64,000 nucleotides of DNA from a bacterium (GCA_030700025.1 JAUYKI010000017.1:2748-66747), one strand, 5' to 3'. Counted from the stretch's first letter, positions 44,559 through 55,125 are shown. Program-made: numbers and translations. Notes: generated from the letters alone by a model not told the origin.

Positions 44559-44831
44559 GAACCTATCCCAATAATAATCCTCAAACGCGTTGCTAGTATA
44601 AATTGAAAATTTCTAGGCCTGCCGAGGAGCTTGTGGCCATAGCCACAGTGAGGAGGCAGAACAACGAAATTTTCAATTTAGACAGCAACCCCAAGAGGGA
44701 TACAGCCAATTTTATCCATAACGTCGTTGCTCGTCGAAGATATAGCTTACGCTATAAATCTTCTCCTCGCGTCTAGTTCTGAATAAAATTGGCTAATATC
44801 GCGTTATGGGATTATTATTGGGATAGGTTCT
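44559..44831. repeat. Family-A palindromic element, copy 3; begins 2 nt after the pilC stop
   Basis: GAACCTATCCCAATAATAATCC … GGATTATTATTGGGATAGGTTC arms; core GCCATAGCCACAGTGAGGAGG … CTTCTCCTCG. Confidence 0.7.
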
Positions 44832-44932
44832 ATGTTACACTTATTAAAGGTCGGAAATAAGATGTAATACCAATATACGAATTATTCGTATCATTAGTAT
44901 GAATTAGTATATTAGTATCTCATTATAAATAT

Positions 44933-45382
44933 ATGAAAAATAAAAAAGGTTTTACATTAATAGAAATTTTAATCGTTATCTCCATTATCGGGCTTTTGGC
45001 CTCGGTAGTGTTGGTGAATTTGGGAGGTTTTAGGGCTAAAGGAAGAGATTCGCGCCGGATTGCGGACTTACGGACTTTGCAAAATACCTTGGAACTTTAT
45101 TTTGGAGTTAACAATAAGTATCCAAGCGCCATAACGGAATTAATTAGTCCGGAATTGGGAGTTACCAGGTTACCTCAAGATCCAGGCACTACTTTGGATT
45201 ACTCCTATTGTTATAAAAATGACAGCGGCGGCAATCCAACCAGTTATATTGTAGGCGCTAAGTTGGAGGGTAGAAATGTGGCTTTGGATTCCGATGAAGA
45301 TGACACCGCTGGCTACACTTGCAGCGCGGCCACGGATTGTTCTGACGCGGCGAATGTCTGGGGTTACTGCATAAAGTTCTAA
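44933..45382 (+). CDS. pilA: Type IV major pilin (class III signal peptide)
   Basis: Prepilin leader MKNKKG^FTLIEILIV with Glu+5; 149 aa; C-terminal Cys pair. Confidence 0.8.
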   Translation: MKNKKGFTLIEILIVISIIGLLASVVLVNLGGFRAKGRDSRRIADLRTLQNTLELYFGVNNKYPSAITELISPELGVTRLPQDPGTTLDYSYCYKNDSGGNPTSYIVGAKLEGRNVALDSDEDDTAGYTCSAATDCSDAANVWGYCIKF

Positions 45383-45389
45383 GGATTTT

Positions 45390-46175
45390 ATGGCCGCGGT
45401 ATTTCTATTTGTCTTTGGCCTAGTCATAGGAAGCTTTTTAAATGTGCTGGCATTTCGCTACGATCCGGATCAGCCGTTTTTTGGCTTGAAAAGATGGGGC
45501 GGCCGTTCTCATTGTTTGTTTTGCTCACAGCAATTGAAGTGGTATGAGCTGATTCCGATCCTCAGTTTTATTATTCAGGAGGGCCGTTGCCTGGTGTGCC
45601 GTAAAAAACTTTTTTGGCAATATCCTTTGGTGGAATTGGCCAGCGGGCTTACTTTTTTTCTGCCTTATTATTTTTATAATTCCGCGAACGAAGCCTCTTA
45701 TTTTATTACCGCGTTTTGGATTCTAATTTTCTTGATTTTTATTTTAATCTGGGCGATTGACGCGCGGATTTCCGTAATTCCGGACGAATTGAATTTCTTT
45801 TTAGGGCTGTTGGGAGTCGCTTTATTAGACATGACTAATGCCAGCCGGGTGATTTGGCTTAATCATTTTTGGGCCGCTCTGGCGGGCGCGTTATTCTTCG
45901 GAGCGATTATTTATTTCAGCGAGGGGCGGGCAATGGGCGGCGGAGATTTAAAAATGGCGGTGGCGCTCGGTTTAATTTTCGGCTGGCCGAATCTTGTCTA
46001 TATTTTGGCGGTAGCCTTTGTAGTGGGAGCTTTTTGGGGCCTGACGCTGATGGGATTAAACAAGAAAAATTCCAAAGACGCCGTGCCCTTCGGGCCATTC
46101 TTGATTCTCGGTTCGCTGGTGATATTTTTCTTTGGAGACGTTTTGATTTCCGCTTATTGGCGGTTGCTGATCTAG
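45390..46175 (+). CDS. pilD: Prepilin peptidase (A24 family)
   Basis: N-terminal CxxC…CxxC motif (CLFCSQQL…CLVCRKKL) and a polytopic A24 membrane domain. Confidence 0.9.
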   Translation: MAAVFLFVFGLVIGSFLNVLAFRYDPDQPFFGLKRWGGRSHCLFCSQQLKWYELIPILSFIIQEGRCLVCRKKLFWQYPLVELASGLTFFLPYYFYNSANEASYFITAFWILIFLIFILIWAIDARISVIPDELNFFLGLLGVALLDMTNASRVIWLNHFWAALAGALFFGAIIYFSEGRAMGGGDLKMAVALGLIFGWPNLVYILAVAFVVGAFWGLTLMGLNKKNSKDAVPFGPFLILGSLVIFFFGDVLISAYWRLLI

Positions 46176-46300
46176 TAGTGTTAAATATCTTAAATAAGAA
46201 ATAATCTTACCTATACTTATTCTCGCCATGGCGAGAATAAGTATAGGGCAGGATAGTTTAAGCTTGGTCTAAGCTTAAACTAAGTTCTATTCCGGCTTCA

Positions 46301-46810
46301 TTAATAAAGCCGCGCGCTGATTGAGGTTTGGATGTGTATAAACGGAGTGTCTAATTGAACAGCCGGCGCGCCAATAGACAGGGCAATAGTAATCCGATCC
46401 GGCAATTCGGCTCCGGCTGGATTTTCCAATAAATTAAATACTAGTTTTTCTACAGTCACATTTTCGGCGGTAATTCTTTCCCCGTCTTTTTCAATGGATT
46501 TCAGATTTGTATTCCACGTATAAGTAACATTTTGTTTTTCCCGGCTGCTGTAAAAAGTGACGCTTTCGCCTTCGCCGGCAGTTCCAAGGCCGAAACCAAC
46601 GTCAAAATCTTTGCCCGTCCTCATTTCTCGTGACATTTGTTCAATCGCTAAAGAGGCATTGCTGTTTGCGGCGATTAGCGCTACGGTTCCGCGCTGAGTC
46701 CGCAGGGATTGCACGAATACGCCGGAAATAATTGCCATCAACATGACAAAAAGCGACATCGCCACCAGTAATTCTACAATTGTAAACCCCCTTTGATTTG
46801 AATTGGTCAT
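46301..46810 (-). CDS. Minor pilin / pseudopilin
   Basis: Prepilin N-terminus QRG^FTIVELLVAMSLFV. Confidence 0.7.
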   Translation of the reverse strand: MTNSNQRGFTIVELLVAMSLFVMLMAIISGVFVQSLRTQRGTVALIAANSNASLAIEQMSREMRTGKDFDVGFGLGTAGEGESVTFYSSREKQNVTYTWNTNLKSIEKDGERITAENVTVEKLVFNLLENPAGAELPDRITIALSIGAPAVQLDTPFIHIQTSISARLY

Positions 46811-47310
46811 TGTTGCAGATTGAAAAAATGGCTTTCCACTTCGGATTTGGATTGGCCGCCTCCGCGCGTAGACCAGCTGACCCTAGAAACTACCTTAATC
46901 TCATCGCCATTATTTAGGGTTGGGTCTATGGATATTATCCTATGAAATTTAGTCGGCTGGCCGTTGCTGTAATTGTAATATTGATCGTCAAATAATAATG
47001 GCTGGCTGGCGCTGATAATCGGTTGCAAGCTTAATTCTTGAAAATCGATTTCATAATCGGTCGGATCGGCATCGGGGATGGCATCGGGGCTGTTCCAAGG
47101 ATGGCTGTCCACTAAATTTTTCACTAACTCAATTCCTTCGGCAGCTAAGTAAGTTCCGACATATTGGTCGGCAATAACGCGGTTCAAGCTAAAAGACCGG
47201 GAAACAAATTCAAAAACTCCGAGCAGTCCGACAACGGCTACGGAAATGGCCACCAGGGCCTCTACCATGACCTCTCCTTTTTTATTTTTGCGTAGTGACT
47301 TGTCCAGCAT
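46807..47310 (-). CDS. Minor pilin-like protein
   Basis: KKG^EVMVEALVAISVAVVGLL prepilin-like N-terminus with Glu+5; overlaps its neighbours, suggesting an operon. Confidence 0.55.
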   Translation of the reverse strand: MLDKSLRKNKKGEVMVEALVAISVAVVGLLGVFEFVSRSFSLNRVIADQYVGTYLAAEGIELVKNLVDSHPWNSPDAIPDADPTDYEIDFQELSLQPIISASQPLLFDDQYYNYSNGQPTKFHRIISIDPTLNNGDEIKVVSRVSWSTRGGGQSKSEVESHFFNLQQ

Positions 47311-47806
47311 TGTTTATTTTAACGGTTATTTCGGCAGTTCCGTCGGCAGTTCCGATTCTAACTAAAGCCTCTTTTTTGGAAGGGTCTTGGTCTAAAAAGG
47401 TTTTCGGATCTGGCGGAACAAATACGACATCAGTTAAATCCAGCTGGGTAAACTGTAAATCTGCGGGCAAATCATGAGTTTCCAATTCCTCGCCTGGATC
47501 GTAGGATCTGTTGGCCCCCTCGCAATTCGGCGCGGAATCTTTAAAGAGAACAAAATTATTATCGGCAAGATTAAAGTGAATTCCGTAACCGCAAGCCGGA
47601 GCTTGTTCGGAAAAAGTCTGGATGGATAAAGATTTGGCGCGCAGAACCGCGCTGACTAAGCCCGCTTGTTCTTTGAATAGCATAATCTGTTTTTCGCCGG
47701 TCCGGCTGTAAAGCAATAACAGCGAAGTTAACAGCGCCATAATGCCCAAGGAAACCAATATCTCAATAATCGTGAAGCCGCGAGTCATACTTAGATTATA
47801 CAACAC
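47282..47806 (-). CDS. Minor pilin / pseudopilin (GspH/FimT-like)
   Basis: TRG^FTIIEILVSLGIMALL prepilin N-terminus. Confidence 0.7.
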   Translation of the reverse strand: MLYNLSMTRGFTIIEILVSLGIMALLTSLLLLYSRTGEKQIMLFKEQAGLVSAVLRAKSLSIQTFSEQAPACGYGIHFNLADNNFVLFKDSAPNCEGANRSYDPGEELETHDLPADLQFTQLDLTDVVFVPPDPKTFLDQDPSKKEALVRIGTADGTAEITVKINNAGQVTTQK

Positions 47807-48076
47807 AGGCGTTCTTTGCTATAATATAAGCGTTATATGAATAAGAATTTTTACGCGTTAGGAGTGTTGCTTTTGACGGGAGTTTGGCTGGCCGGAACCG
47901 GTTTTTTCCTGCAAGAGAATGGAATTTCCTTAAATTGGGATTTTTCTCCGAATTATGCCCAACGGCCTTTGCCGGTTCCGGCGCCGGTAGCGTCAGCGGA
48001 GAACTTTTTGAGCAATAATCTCTTTGCGTGGATTTTCCTCACGCACTAAGGAGGACTTTGTGTTATAATCTAAATA

Positions 48077-50476
48077 ATGATTAAGGGGTTGCGCATTTTT
48101 ATTATTTTATCCGGAGCGTTTCTTTTGTCTTCTTCCGCCCTGGCGGGGTCGGGGGTTTATTCAGCTAATATTTTTGACGCCGGATTAAATGTATCTGGCG
48201 TTGGGCCGGTTGATTATTCGGATATTTTGAGCGCTCGGCTGGCGGGCTGGAATAATTTATTGCAAAGAGTTAATCCCCAAACCCCGCCTAATTATTGGAT
48301 TTGGCTTGGCCATATTGCGTCTTATGGTTATGCTGGATGCAGCAGCGCTTCTATCGGCGCTTTGTCGAGCGCTTATGGCAATCAATATGGTTTGGAAGTT
48401 TATAAAGATTCGGCAACCGGAAATTGCACGGCGCTTCAATCCAAACCGCTTTCTTCCGGCGCCACCCACTCAATAAATTTAACTAAATCCGGATTGGGAG
48501 ACGGGACAGTTAGTTCCAATCCAACCGGCATTAGTTGCGGAGCGATTTGTTCCAGCGATTTTACTCATGGCGCCAGCGTTGCGCTTAGCGCGGCTGCGGA
48601 TGGAGTTTCGCAGTTTGCCGGCTGGGGAGGAAATTTTTGCGCCGCTACCAGCACGCCAAGTAATTGTATGGCGCTGATGGTCAGCGACCGGACGATTACC
48701 GCAACTTTCGTTCCGATCGGAACCCCATTAAATACTTTAACCGTTCAAAAAATTGCAGTTGGCAATGCCAATGGCGTGATTACGGATTCCGGACTGGGCC
48801 AAGGGTCATTTTTAAATATTAATTGCGGAACTGATTGTTCCGAGTCCTATGTTGCCGGCGCGTCAGTTATTCTTTATGCCTATCCTAATGCCGAATCTAA
48901 TTTCGGATCTTGGGTTGGCTGTAATAGCGTTTCCGGCAATGCCTGCACGGTAACGATGAGCGCGGCCAAAAATGTCCGGGCTGGTTTTAGTAATAAAAAT
49001 TTTCCGGTTACGGTTTCTAAGACTGGAGCGGGAACCGGCAGCGTGTCTGGCACCGGAATTAATTGCGGAGCGACTTGTTCCGCGAATCTTTCGGCCGGAA
49101 ACGGATTTTTGTTTATTGCCAGCCCGGGGGTTAATTCTAAATTTGAAAGTTGGAGCGGCTGCGATTATTCAGCGGGAAATAATTGCTTAATAGATGTATT
49201 TTCGGCTAAATCAATTACCGCGAATTTCTCCGCCTCTTATGCGGTCACCGTTACGAAAAGCGGTAATGGCGCGCCTGCGGGCAGCGTTACTTCTACTGGC
49301 GGAATAGACTGCGGAATTATTTGTTCGGCTAGTTTTGTTCCGGGAGCTAATGTAGCTTTAACCGCCTCCGTGGGCGATCCTCAATATCAATTTTCCGGCT
49401 GGGGAGGCGATTGCGCTTCTTTCGGAACTAATCTAACCTGCAGTTTAAATAACATTTCTTCCGCTAAATCAGTTTCCGCTGTTTTTGATGCTGTTCGCCC
49501 GACTTTAACTATTACCAAATCCGGCACCGGAGACGGATCGTTTAGTATTAGCGGCGGTTCACCAATTTGCACCCCCGGTTGCGTTTACGCGTATGGCTCG
49601 GTAGTGACAATTTCCGCTACTCCAAACGCCTTTTCTACATTTACCGGCTGGACCGGTGATTGCGCTAGTTTTGGCGCGAACACCACCTGTACTTTAACTA
49701 TGACTTCTAATAAAAGCGCCTCGGCTATTTTTGACTTGCCGGTTCTGACTTTAAATAAGAGCGGCGCCGGGCAGGGAACGGTTTCGGATGCCCCATTGAA
49801 AATTAATTGCGACCCGTCTTGCGTTACTGCTTCCGCTAGTTACAACAAGCAAAGCTCCGTAACTCTGACCGCGGCGCCGGACGCCGATTCCAGCTTTTTT
49901 GACTGGTCCGGCTGTGATAATTTTACCCCCACCACCTGCACGATATTAATGAATACCCACCGGACCGTTACAGCCGATTTTTTAGCCACGGACGTTAAAT
50001 ATGATTTAACGGTTTCTAAGTCCGGAGCGGGCGACGGAACAGTTACTTCTTCGGTGGCGGGAATTAATTGCGGCGCCGATTGTTCTGAAAAATATATTGA
50101 AAATTCCGATATCGTTCTCCACTCGTCTTCTAATCTTGATTCAGCCTTTGTCGGCTGGACCGGATGCGATAGCGTTAATGGCAATTCCTGCGTAGTTACT
50201 ATGAGTACCGCGAAAAATATTAGCGCGGAATTTGCCGCGTCGCCGGTGTCCGGAAGTTATTCTTTGAGTGTTTTTAAAGTTCCGGACGGCGGAACAATAG
50301 TTTCCAGTGAAAGTTATATTGATTGCGGCGGGACTTGTTCCAAAACCCTAGGCACTGTTTGGAGCACTACACTGACCGTAATGACTAATAATGATTATCA
50401 ATTTGCCGGATGGACTGGAGATTGCACCAGCACCAGCGGAAGCTCATGCGTAATTAATTTTACCCAATGCCAATAA
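48077..50476 (+). CDS. Giant secreted surface protein made of ~9 tandem divergent InlB B-repeat domains
   Basis: Signal peptide followed by ~85-aa repeats with the pattern TVxKSGxGxGTVxS…GIxCGxxCS…Y…G..V.LxAxP…S.FxGWxGxC…..C.V.M…K.VxA.F, each with two Cys pairs. Confidence 0.7.
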   Translation: MIKGLRIFIILSGAFLLSSSALAGSGVYSANIFDAGLNVSGVGPVDYSDILSARLAGWNNLLQRVNPQTPPNYWIWLGHIASYGYAGCSSASIGALSSAYGNQYGLEVYKDSATGNCTALQSKPLSSGATHSINLTKSGLGDGTVSSNPTGISCGAICSSDFTHGASVALSAAADGVSQFAGWGGNFCAATSTPSNCMALMVSDRTITATFVPIGTPLNTLTVQKIAVGNANGVITDSGLGQGSFLNINCGTDCSESYVAGASVILYAYPNAESNFGSWVGCNSVSGNACTVTMSAAKNVRAGFSNKNFPVTVSKTGAGTGSVSGTGINCGATCSANLSAGNGFLFIASPGVNSKFESWSGCDYSAGNNCLIDVFSAKSITANFSASYAVTVTKSGNGAPAGSVTSTGGIDCGIICSASFVPGANVALTASVGDPQYQFSGWGGDCASFGTNLTCSLNNISSAKSVSAVFDAVRPTLTITKSGTGDGSFSISGGSPICTPGCVYAYGSVVTISATPNAFSTFTGWTGDCASFGANTTCTLTMTSNKSASAIFDLPVLTLNKSGAGQGTVSDAPLKINCDPSCVTASASYNKQSSVTLTAAPDADSSFFDWSGCDNFTPTTCTILMNTHRTVTADFLATDVKYDLTVSKSGAGDGTVTSSVAGINCGADCSEKYIENSDIVLHSSSNLDSAFVGWTGCDSVNGNSCVVTMSTAKNISAEFAASPVSGSYSLSVFKVPDGGTIVSSESYIDCGGTCSKTLGTVWSTTLTVMTNNDYQFAGWTGDCTSTSGSSCVINFTQCQ

Positions 50477-50477
50477 T

Positions 50478-53453
50478 ATGAATATCCGGAATTATAAATT
50501 TTTAATACTTTTCTTAATCGGCCTTTGGGGCGCCGGTAATTTGGCCTTTGCGCAAATTACGCCGGACCCTGGTGAGCACGCGGTTAGAGTTTATAAATCC
50601 GGCACCGGCAGTGGTTTGGTAACAGACCAGTATTCCCAAATTGACTGCGGGAACGATTGCCAGGGGAATTATATTGGGGCTGCTTCCACCTGGGTTACTT
50701 TGGAACCTTTTCCTTCTCCTAACAGCTCTTTTGCCGGTTGGTACGGTTGTGACTCCGTAAATACCATGGTTATATTGCCTGATTTGCCGACTTGCTCAGT
50801 TAATACGAGCCCCTTCGTTCCTAGATCAGTTAACGCGATTTTTAACTCTAACACCCCGTGGCATCAAGCTAAATTAACCGTGACTACATCGGGCGATGGC
50901 GGGGGATCGGTATTTTCCAATCCCGGATTTATCAGTTGCGGAGCGGTTTGTTCCGATAATTTTTCGAATCCTTCTTATCCTTTATTTACCGCCACTCTTA
51001 TCAACACCGGTTCCTTAGGGTCATTTACCAATCAGCAGGTAATACATATTGTTGATAGCAGTGGTAGAATCACAGTGGGCGGAAATAGGCTTCAGACCCT
51101 CAATTCGGAAGGTGTGACCAATCCTCAGCAAACTATTATTGACATAGCGGACGGATTTATAAACGTATCGCCGACTATTAAATATATTTACGCGCTGGGA
51201 TATAGGGGGAGTGGAAATATTGCTGAATATCTTTTGGACGTGATTAATCCTTCTGCTCCTCAGGGAGCGCAAGCTAGTGCGCCAGAGGTGGTGAATCGTA
51301 TTCCGCTCCCCATAGATTCAACTGGAGGGGAAGATTACAGCGTTTACTCTAAAATTGCTCTGGCCGGAAATTTTGTTTATATAACTCGTTGGTCAGGAAC
51401 TTCGGTCAGCGCGGGTGGCAGTGGAGGCGCTTTATTGATTTTTGATATATCTGATCCGTTGAATCCGGCGCAGGTCGGGTTCATTGCTCCCCGCTTCAGT
51501 CCTGGCTATGGAATCGCGGCGATTAATAATCCTTTTATTGGAAATTATGCTTATATGGGACAGCAGCATCAGTTCTCTGTAATTGATGTTTCCAGTCCGG
51601 CTAGTCCGGCAGTTGTCGGCACTGTCGGCGGCACCGGCCTATTTAAGGGCGTTTTTAATGAAGTGGCTGAAGCCTTTCCGTATGTTTATGTTTCCAGCGT
51701 GAATGCTTCGGATAATTCCAATACGCTTTATATTATAGACGTTAGTAAGCCGAACAGCCCGGCGTTGATTAGCGCGACACCGATTGATTATTTTAACGGC
51801 GATTTAAGGCCGGCCGTCGGAGGAAAGCTTCTTTTTATCGGTTCCACGGTTTATGATGTTTCTGATCCGTTTCATCCCAGAAAAATCGGCCAAGGGCCGG
51901 GAGGCGTTCAATATGGGGGCGATACTTCTTTTCAAGTTGGAAGTTTGAATGAAGGCAATGATTATGTTGTAACCGGAACCAACGCTACGGGATTCGGCAT
52001 CTACTCGATTAAAAGAACTTTTGTTACGGGTACTGGTTGGGTTCCCACTTATGACCTTTTATCTTTTGCTCCCGGATTGGGAATTTATCCTAACCCGACT
52101 GTTAGTTTATCCGGAGAGCCGGAAGACGATTCGATTTTGGGCGCTTGGTCCGGAGATGTTCCGGGAACTTGCGCCAACAACGCGTCGTGTTTAGTAACTG
52201 CTGTTTTGGGCGCGGAAACTAACGCAGATGCCAGATTTGATGCCGCCGCGGCGCTCGCGCCTACTTCGGCAACTTTAACCGTTACTAAATCCGGAAATGG
52301 ATCCGGCCATGTATCTGATTCGGCTTTGGATTCTTCTTCGTTAGGCGGCGCTTCTTTGGGCGGCGGATCATTGGGTTTTGTTTCCGGGGGAATTGATTGC
52401 GGCGGGGATTGCGATGAAACTTACCCAACGGACACCAGCGTAATTCTTTTGGCAACGCCAAGCGCCGGATCGGATTTTGTAAAATGGAATGGCTGTGTAA
52501 TCGGTGCGGTAATGAAAGATGACGGAGCGCTTTGGAATCCGGCTACTTTGGCGGCTAAACAATCTAACGGCGCTAATGCTTGGGACGGAAGAAATTACAG
52601 CGCCTTGGCTTTCCAAAACAAGCTTTGGGTTTTAGGAGGCGGGAGCACCTTAGGCCAAGTATGGTATTCGGCTGACAACGGCATTACTTGGGCGCAGTAT
52701 ACTCGGGCCTTTATCGCTCCGTCGTCGTGGGCTCCGTGGTGGTCAACTAAATTCGGATTCTCGGCGTTGAGCTACGGAACCAAGATGTGGGTTTTGGGCG
52801 GAACGGAGGGCGGTAGTTCTTATACTAATGAAGTTTGGAGTTCTTTTGACGGCCAAAATTGGAGTCAGGGGCTGAATGCCGATTGGTCTCCGCGGGTTAA
52901 CTTTGCCGCAACCAGATTTAACGGCTCTATGTGGGTATTGGGCGGAAATGCTAAAGAAAATAATAGTTTTGTAAATAAAAATGATGTCTGGTCTTCGGTT
53001 GGCAGTTCCGGATATTGGAGTCCTGTAAATGTATCTGCCGCTTGGTCTGCCCGACAAGGCCATGCCGCAGTCGCTTTTAATGGCCAATTATGGGTTTTAG
53101 GCGGATTGGACGCGGGCGGTTATAAGAATGACGTTTGGTCATCTTCCAACGGAACTGATTGGATTCAAAAAAATTCTTCGGCGCCTTGGCCGGCTCGGGC
53201 TTTTCATAAAGTTTTGGTTTTTGATAATAAACTTTGGGTGATGGGCGGTTCGGGCTCTTTTCAGCCGGCCGATTTTAAAAATGATGTGTGGTATTCCGTG
53301 GACGGCGTTAATTGGATTCAGTCGGGATTGGCGGATTGGCCGGCTCGGTTTGATTTTGGCGCTACGGTTTTCAATAATAAAATGTGGATTTTGGGCGGAA
53401 CGGTCGGGTCCAATTTATATGTAAATGACGTTTGGTATTCGGCGGCGCATTAA
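50478..53453 (+). CDS. Giant secreted protein combining InlB B-repeat, LVIVD beta-propeller and C-terminal Kelch-like beta-propeller repeats
   Basis: Signal peptide. LVIVD-type blades (LLIFDISDPLNP, FSVIDVSSPASP, LYIIDVSKPNSP). Six repeats of ~48 aa of the form W..R..H…VFNNKLWVLGG…KNDVWSS.DG..W; 991 aa. Confidence 0.7.
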   Translation: MNIRNYKFLILFLIGLWGAGNLAFAQITPDPGEHAVRVYKSGTGSGLVTDQYSQIDCGNDCQGNYIGAASTWVTLEPFPSPNSSFAGWYGCDSVNTMVILPDLPTCSVNTSPFVPRSVNAIFNSNTPWHQAKLTVTTSGDGGGSVFSNPGFISCGAVCSDNFSNPSYPLFTATLINTGSLGSFTNQQVIHIVDSSGRITVGGNRLQTLNSEGVTNPQQTIIDIADGFINVSPTIKYIYALGYRGSGNIAEYLLDVINPSAPQGAQASAPEVVNRIPLPIDSTGGEDYSVYSKIALAGNFVYITRWSGTSVSAGGSGGALLIFDISDPLNPAQVGFIAPRFSPGYGIAAINNPFIGNYAYMGQQHQFSVIDVSSPASPAVVGTVGGTGLFKGVFNEVAEAFPYVYVSSVNASDNSNTLYIIDVSKPNSPALISATPIDYFNGDLRPAVGGKLLFIGSTVYDVSDPFHPRKIGQGPGGVQYGGDTSFQVGSLNEGNDYVVTGTNATGFGIYSIKRTFVTGTGWVPTYDLLSFAPGLGIYPNPTVSLSGEPEDDSILGAWSGDVPGTCANNASCLVTAVLGAETNADARFDAAAALAPTSATLTVTKSGNGSGHVSDSALDSSSLGGASLGGGSLGFVSGGIDCGGDCDETYPTDTSVILLATPSAGSDFVKWNGCVIGAVMKDDGALWNPATLAAKQSNGANAWDGRNYSALAFQNKLWVLGGGSTLGQVWYSADNGITWAQYTRAFIAPSSWAPWWSTKFGFSALSYGTKMWVLGGTEGGSSYTNEVWSSFDGQNWSQGLNADWSPRVNFAATRFNGSMWVLGGNAKENNSFVNKNDVWSSVGSSGYWSPVNVSAAWSARQGHAAVAFNGQLWVLGGLDAGGYKNDVWSSSNGTDWIQKNSSAPWPARAFHKVLVFDNKLWVMGGSGSFQPADFKNDVWYSVDGVNWIQSGLADWPARFDFGATVFNNKMWILGGTVGSNLYVNDVWYSAAH

Positions 53454-53456
53454 AAT

Positions 53457-55103
53457 ATGGAAAACTGGAAACAAAAAATTTATTTATTGTTGGCGTTGGC
53501 GGGAATTGGATTTATCGCGGGAACCGTTTTTGCCGCGGATGCCGGGGTTCGCTGGTTTCAAACCGATCCGGTCGCCGGGGCAATCTGGACTGCCAGAAAC
53601 GGACACTCGGCTCTGGTTTTTAACAACAAAATGTGGATTTTAGGAGGAACTCTCTCGCCGGGTTATAAAAATGATGTTTGGCTTTCTTTTAATGGCATCA
53701 ATTGGGTTCAACGGACTCCGTCCGCCGCGTGGCAGGCCAGGACCGAACACGCGTCCCTAGTCTTTAATAATAAAATGTGGGTTTTGGGAGGATCTATCTC
53801 GACGGGTTTTAAAAATGATGTTTGGTCTTCCGCGGATGGATTTACTTGGAATTCAGAAACTGCCGCGGCCGCCTGGCCGGCAAGAGATCGCCACGCGTCC
53901 CTAGTTTTTAATAATAAAATGTGGATTTTAGGAGGATCTACCTCGGCGGGTTCGAAAAATGACGTTTGGTCTTCCGTGGACGGAATTACTTGGACGCAAG
54001 AAACTGCTTCCGCCGGCTGGTCTCCGCGTTTCGACTTAGTAGCTCTCGTTTTTAATAACAAGATGTGGGTTTTAGGCGGCAGTGGTTCTCTGAATGATGC
54101 TTGGTCTTCTTCAGATGGAGTTACGTGGACCAGGGTCAGTCCGGCAATTGGCGCTGATTGGCCGGGGCGGTCCGGGCATACCGGAGTGGTTTATGACGGA
54201 AAAATGTGGATTTTTGGCGGACAAAGAGCAAATACCATTTTTAATGATGCTTGGTATTCCGTGGACGGAATAAGTTGGTCTCAGGCGTTATTAGCGGCTG
54301 ATTCTCAATGGGGCGCCCGATGGAATCACGCTTCTTTAGTCTTTAATAATAAAATGTGGATTTTGGGCGGTTCTGGCGGCCCTAATAAAAATGATATTTG
54401 GCATTCCCAGCAGGATAATCTTCCGGTGGAAGCGTGCGTGATTACCAGTGATAGAAATCGGACTGTTGACGCGGAATTTAAAGGCCAGCTTTATACGGTT
54501 ACGGTGGTTAGCATTAATCAGGACGGAGCCGGAAAAGGCGCGGTTAGTTCCACGGATAATAAAATCAGCGATTGCCAAACGATTTGTTCCGCCGAAAATT
54601 ATGCTTACAATTCCAGTGTTGCTTTAAACGCCATGGCCGCCGACGGTTCGGAATTTGACCATTGGGAAGGGCCAAGCCCTTGCGATAACAGCGCCGAATT
54701 GAGCTGTTCTTTGACTTTAACCGGCGATGTAACTGTTTACGCGGTATTTAAATCGTTGATGGCCGCTTGCGTGGTGGAAAAATCAGTTACCGCGAACTTT
54801 GCCACTTCTTTTCCGACTTGTACGCTGACGATTGCTCCGCAAGGAACAAATGCCAGTCAGGCAATTATTTCTTGGACCACCACTAATAATCCGACTAGCG
54901 CTGTTATAGATGATGGCGTTGGTGCGCCAGTAGCGGTGACTATCCCGCCGGCCAGCGGTAGCATGACGATTACTCCGCCTGGCAACACTACTTATATTAT
55001 GACCGTCACGAATAACGCCGGCAGCCGCACTTGCAGCGCTCAGGCTTCAGCGGCGCCCGGAAGATTTCAATTTAAAGATATTCGCGAAATTCTCCCGTTT
55101 TAG
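53457..55103 (+). CDS. Secreted Kelch-like beta-propeller protein (8 blades) with a C-terminal InlB B-repeat-like domain
   Basis: N-terminal TM/signal anchor. Eight near-identical repeats ARxxHASLVFNNKMWILGG…KNDVWSSxDGxTW. C-terminal Cys-pair domain. Confidence 0.7.
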   Translation: MENWKQKIYLLLALAGIGFIAGTVFAADAGVRWFQTDPVAGAIWTARNGHSALVFNNKMWILGGTLSPGYKNDVWLSFNGINWVQRTPSAAWQARTEHASLVFNNKMWVLGGSISTGFKNDVWSSADGFTWNSETAAAAWPARDRHASLVFNNKMWILGGSTSAGSKNDVWSSVDGITWTQETASAGWSPRFDLVALVFNNKMWVLGGSGSLNDAWSSSDGVTWTRVSPAIGADWPGRSGHTGVVYDGKMWIFGGQRANTIFNDAWYSVDGISWSQALLAADSQWGARWNHASLVFNNKMWILGGSGGPNKNDIWHSQQDNLPVEACVITSDRNRTVDAEFKGQLYTVTVVSINQDGAGKGAVSSTDNKISDCQTICSAENYAYNSSVALNAMAADGSEFDHWEGPSPCDNSAELSCSLTLTGDVTVYAVFKSLMAACVVEKSVTANFATSFPTCTLTIAPQGTNASQAIISWTTTNNPTSAVIDDGVGAPVAVTIPPASGSMTITPPGNTTYIMTVTNNAGSRTCSAQASAAPGRFQFKDIREILPF

Positions 55104-55125
55104 TTAGAAGGTTTTAACTCGAAGT

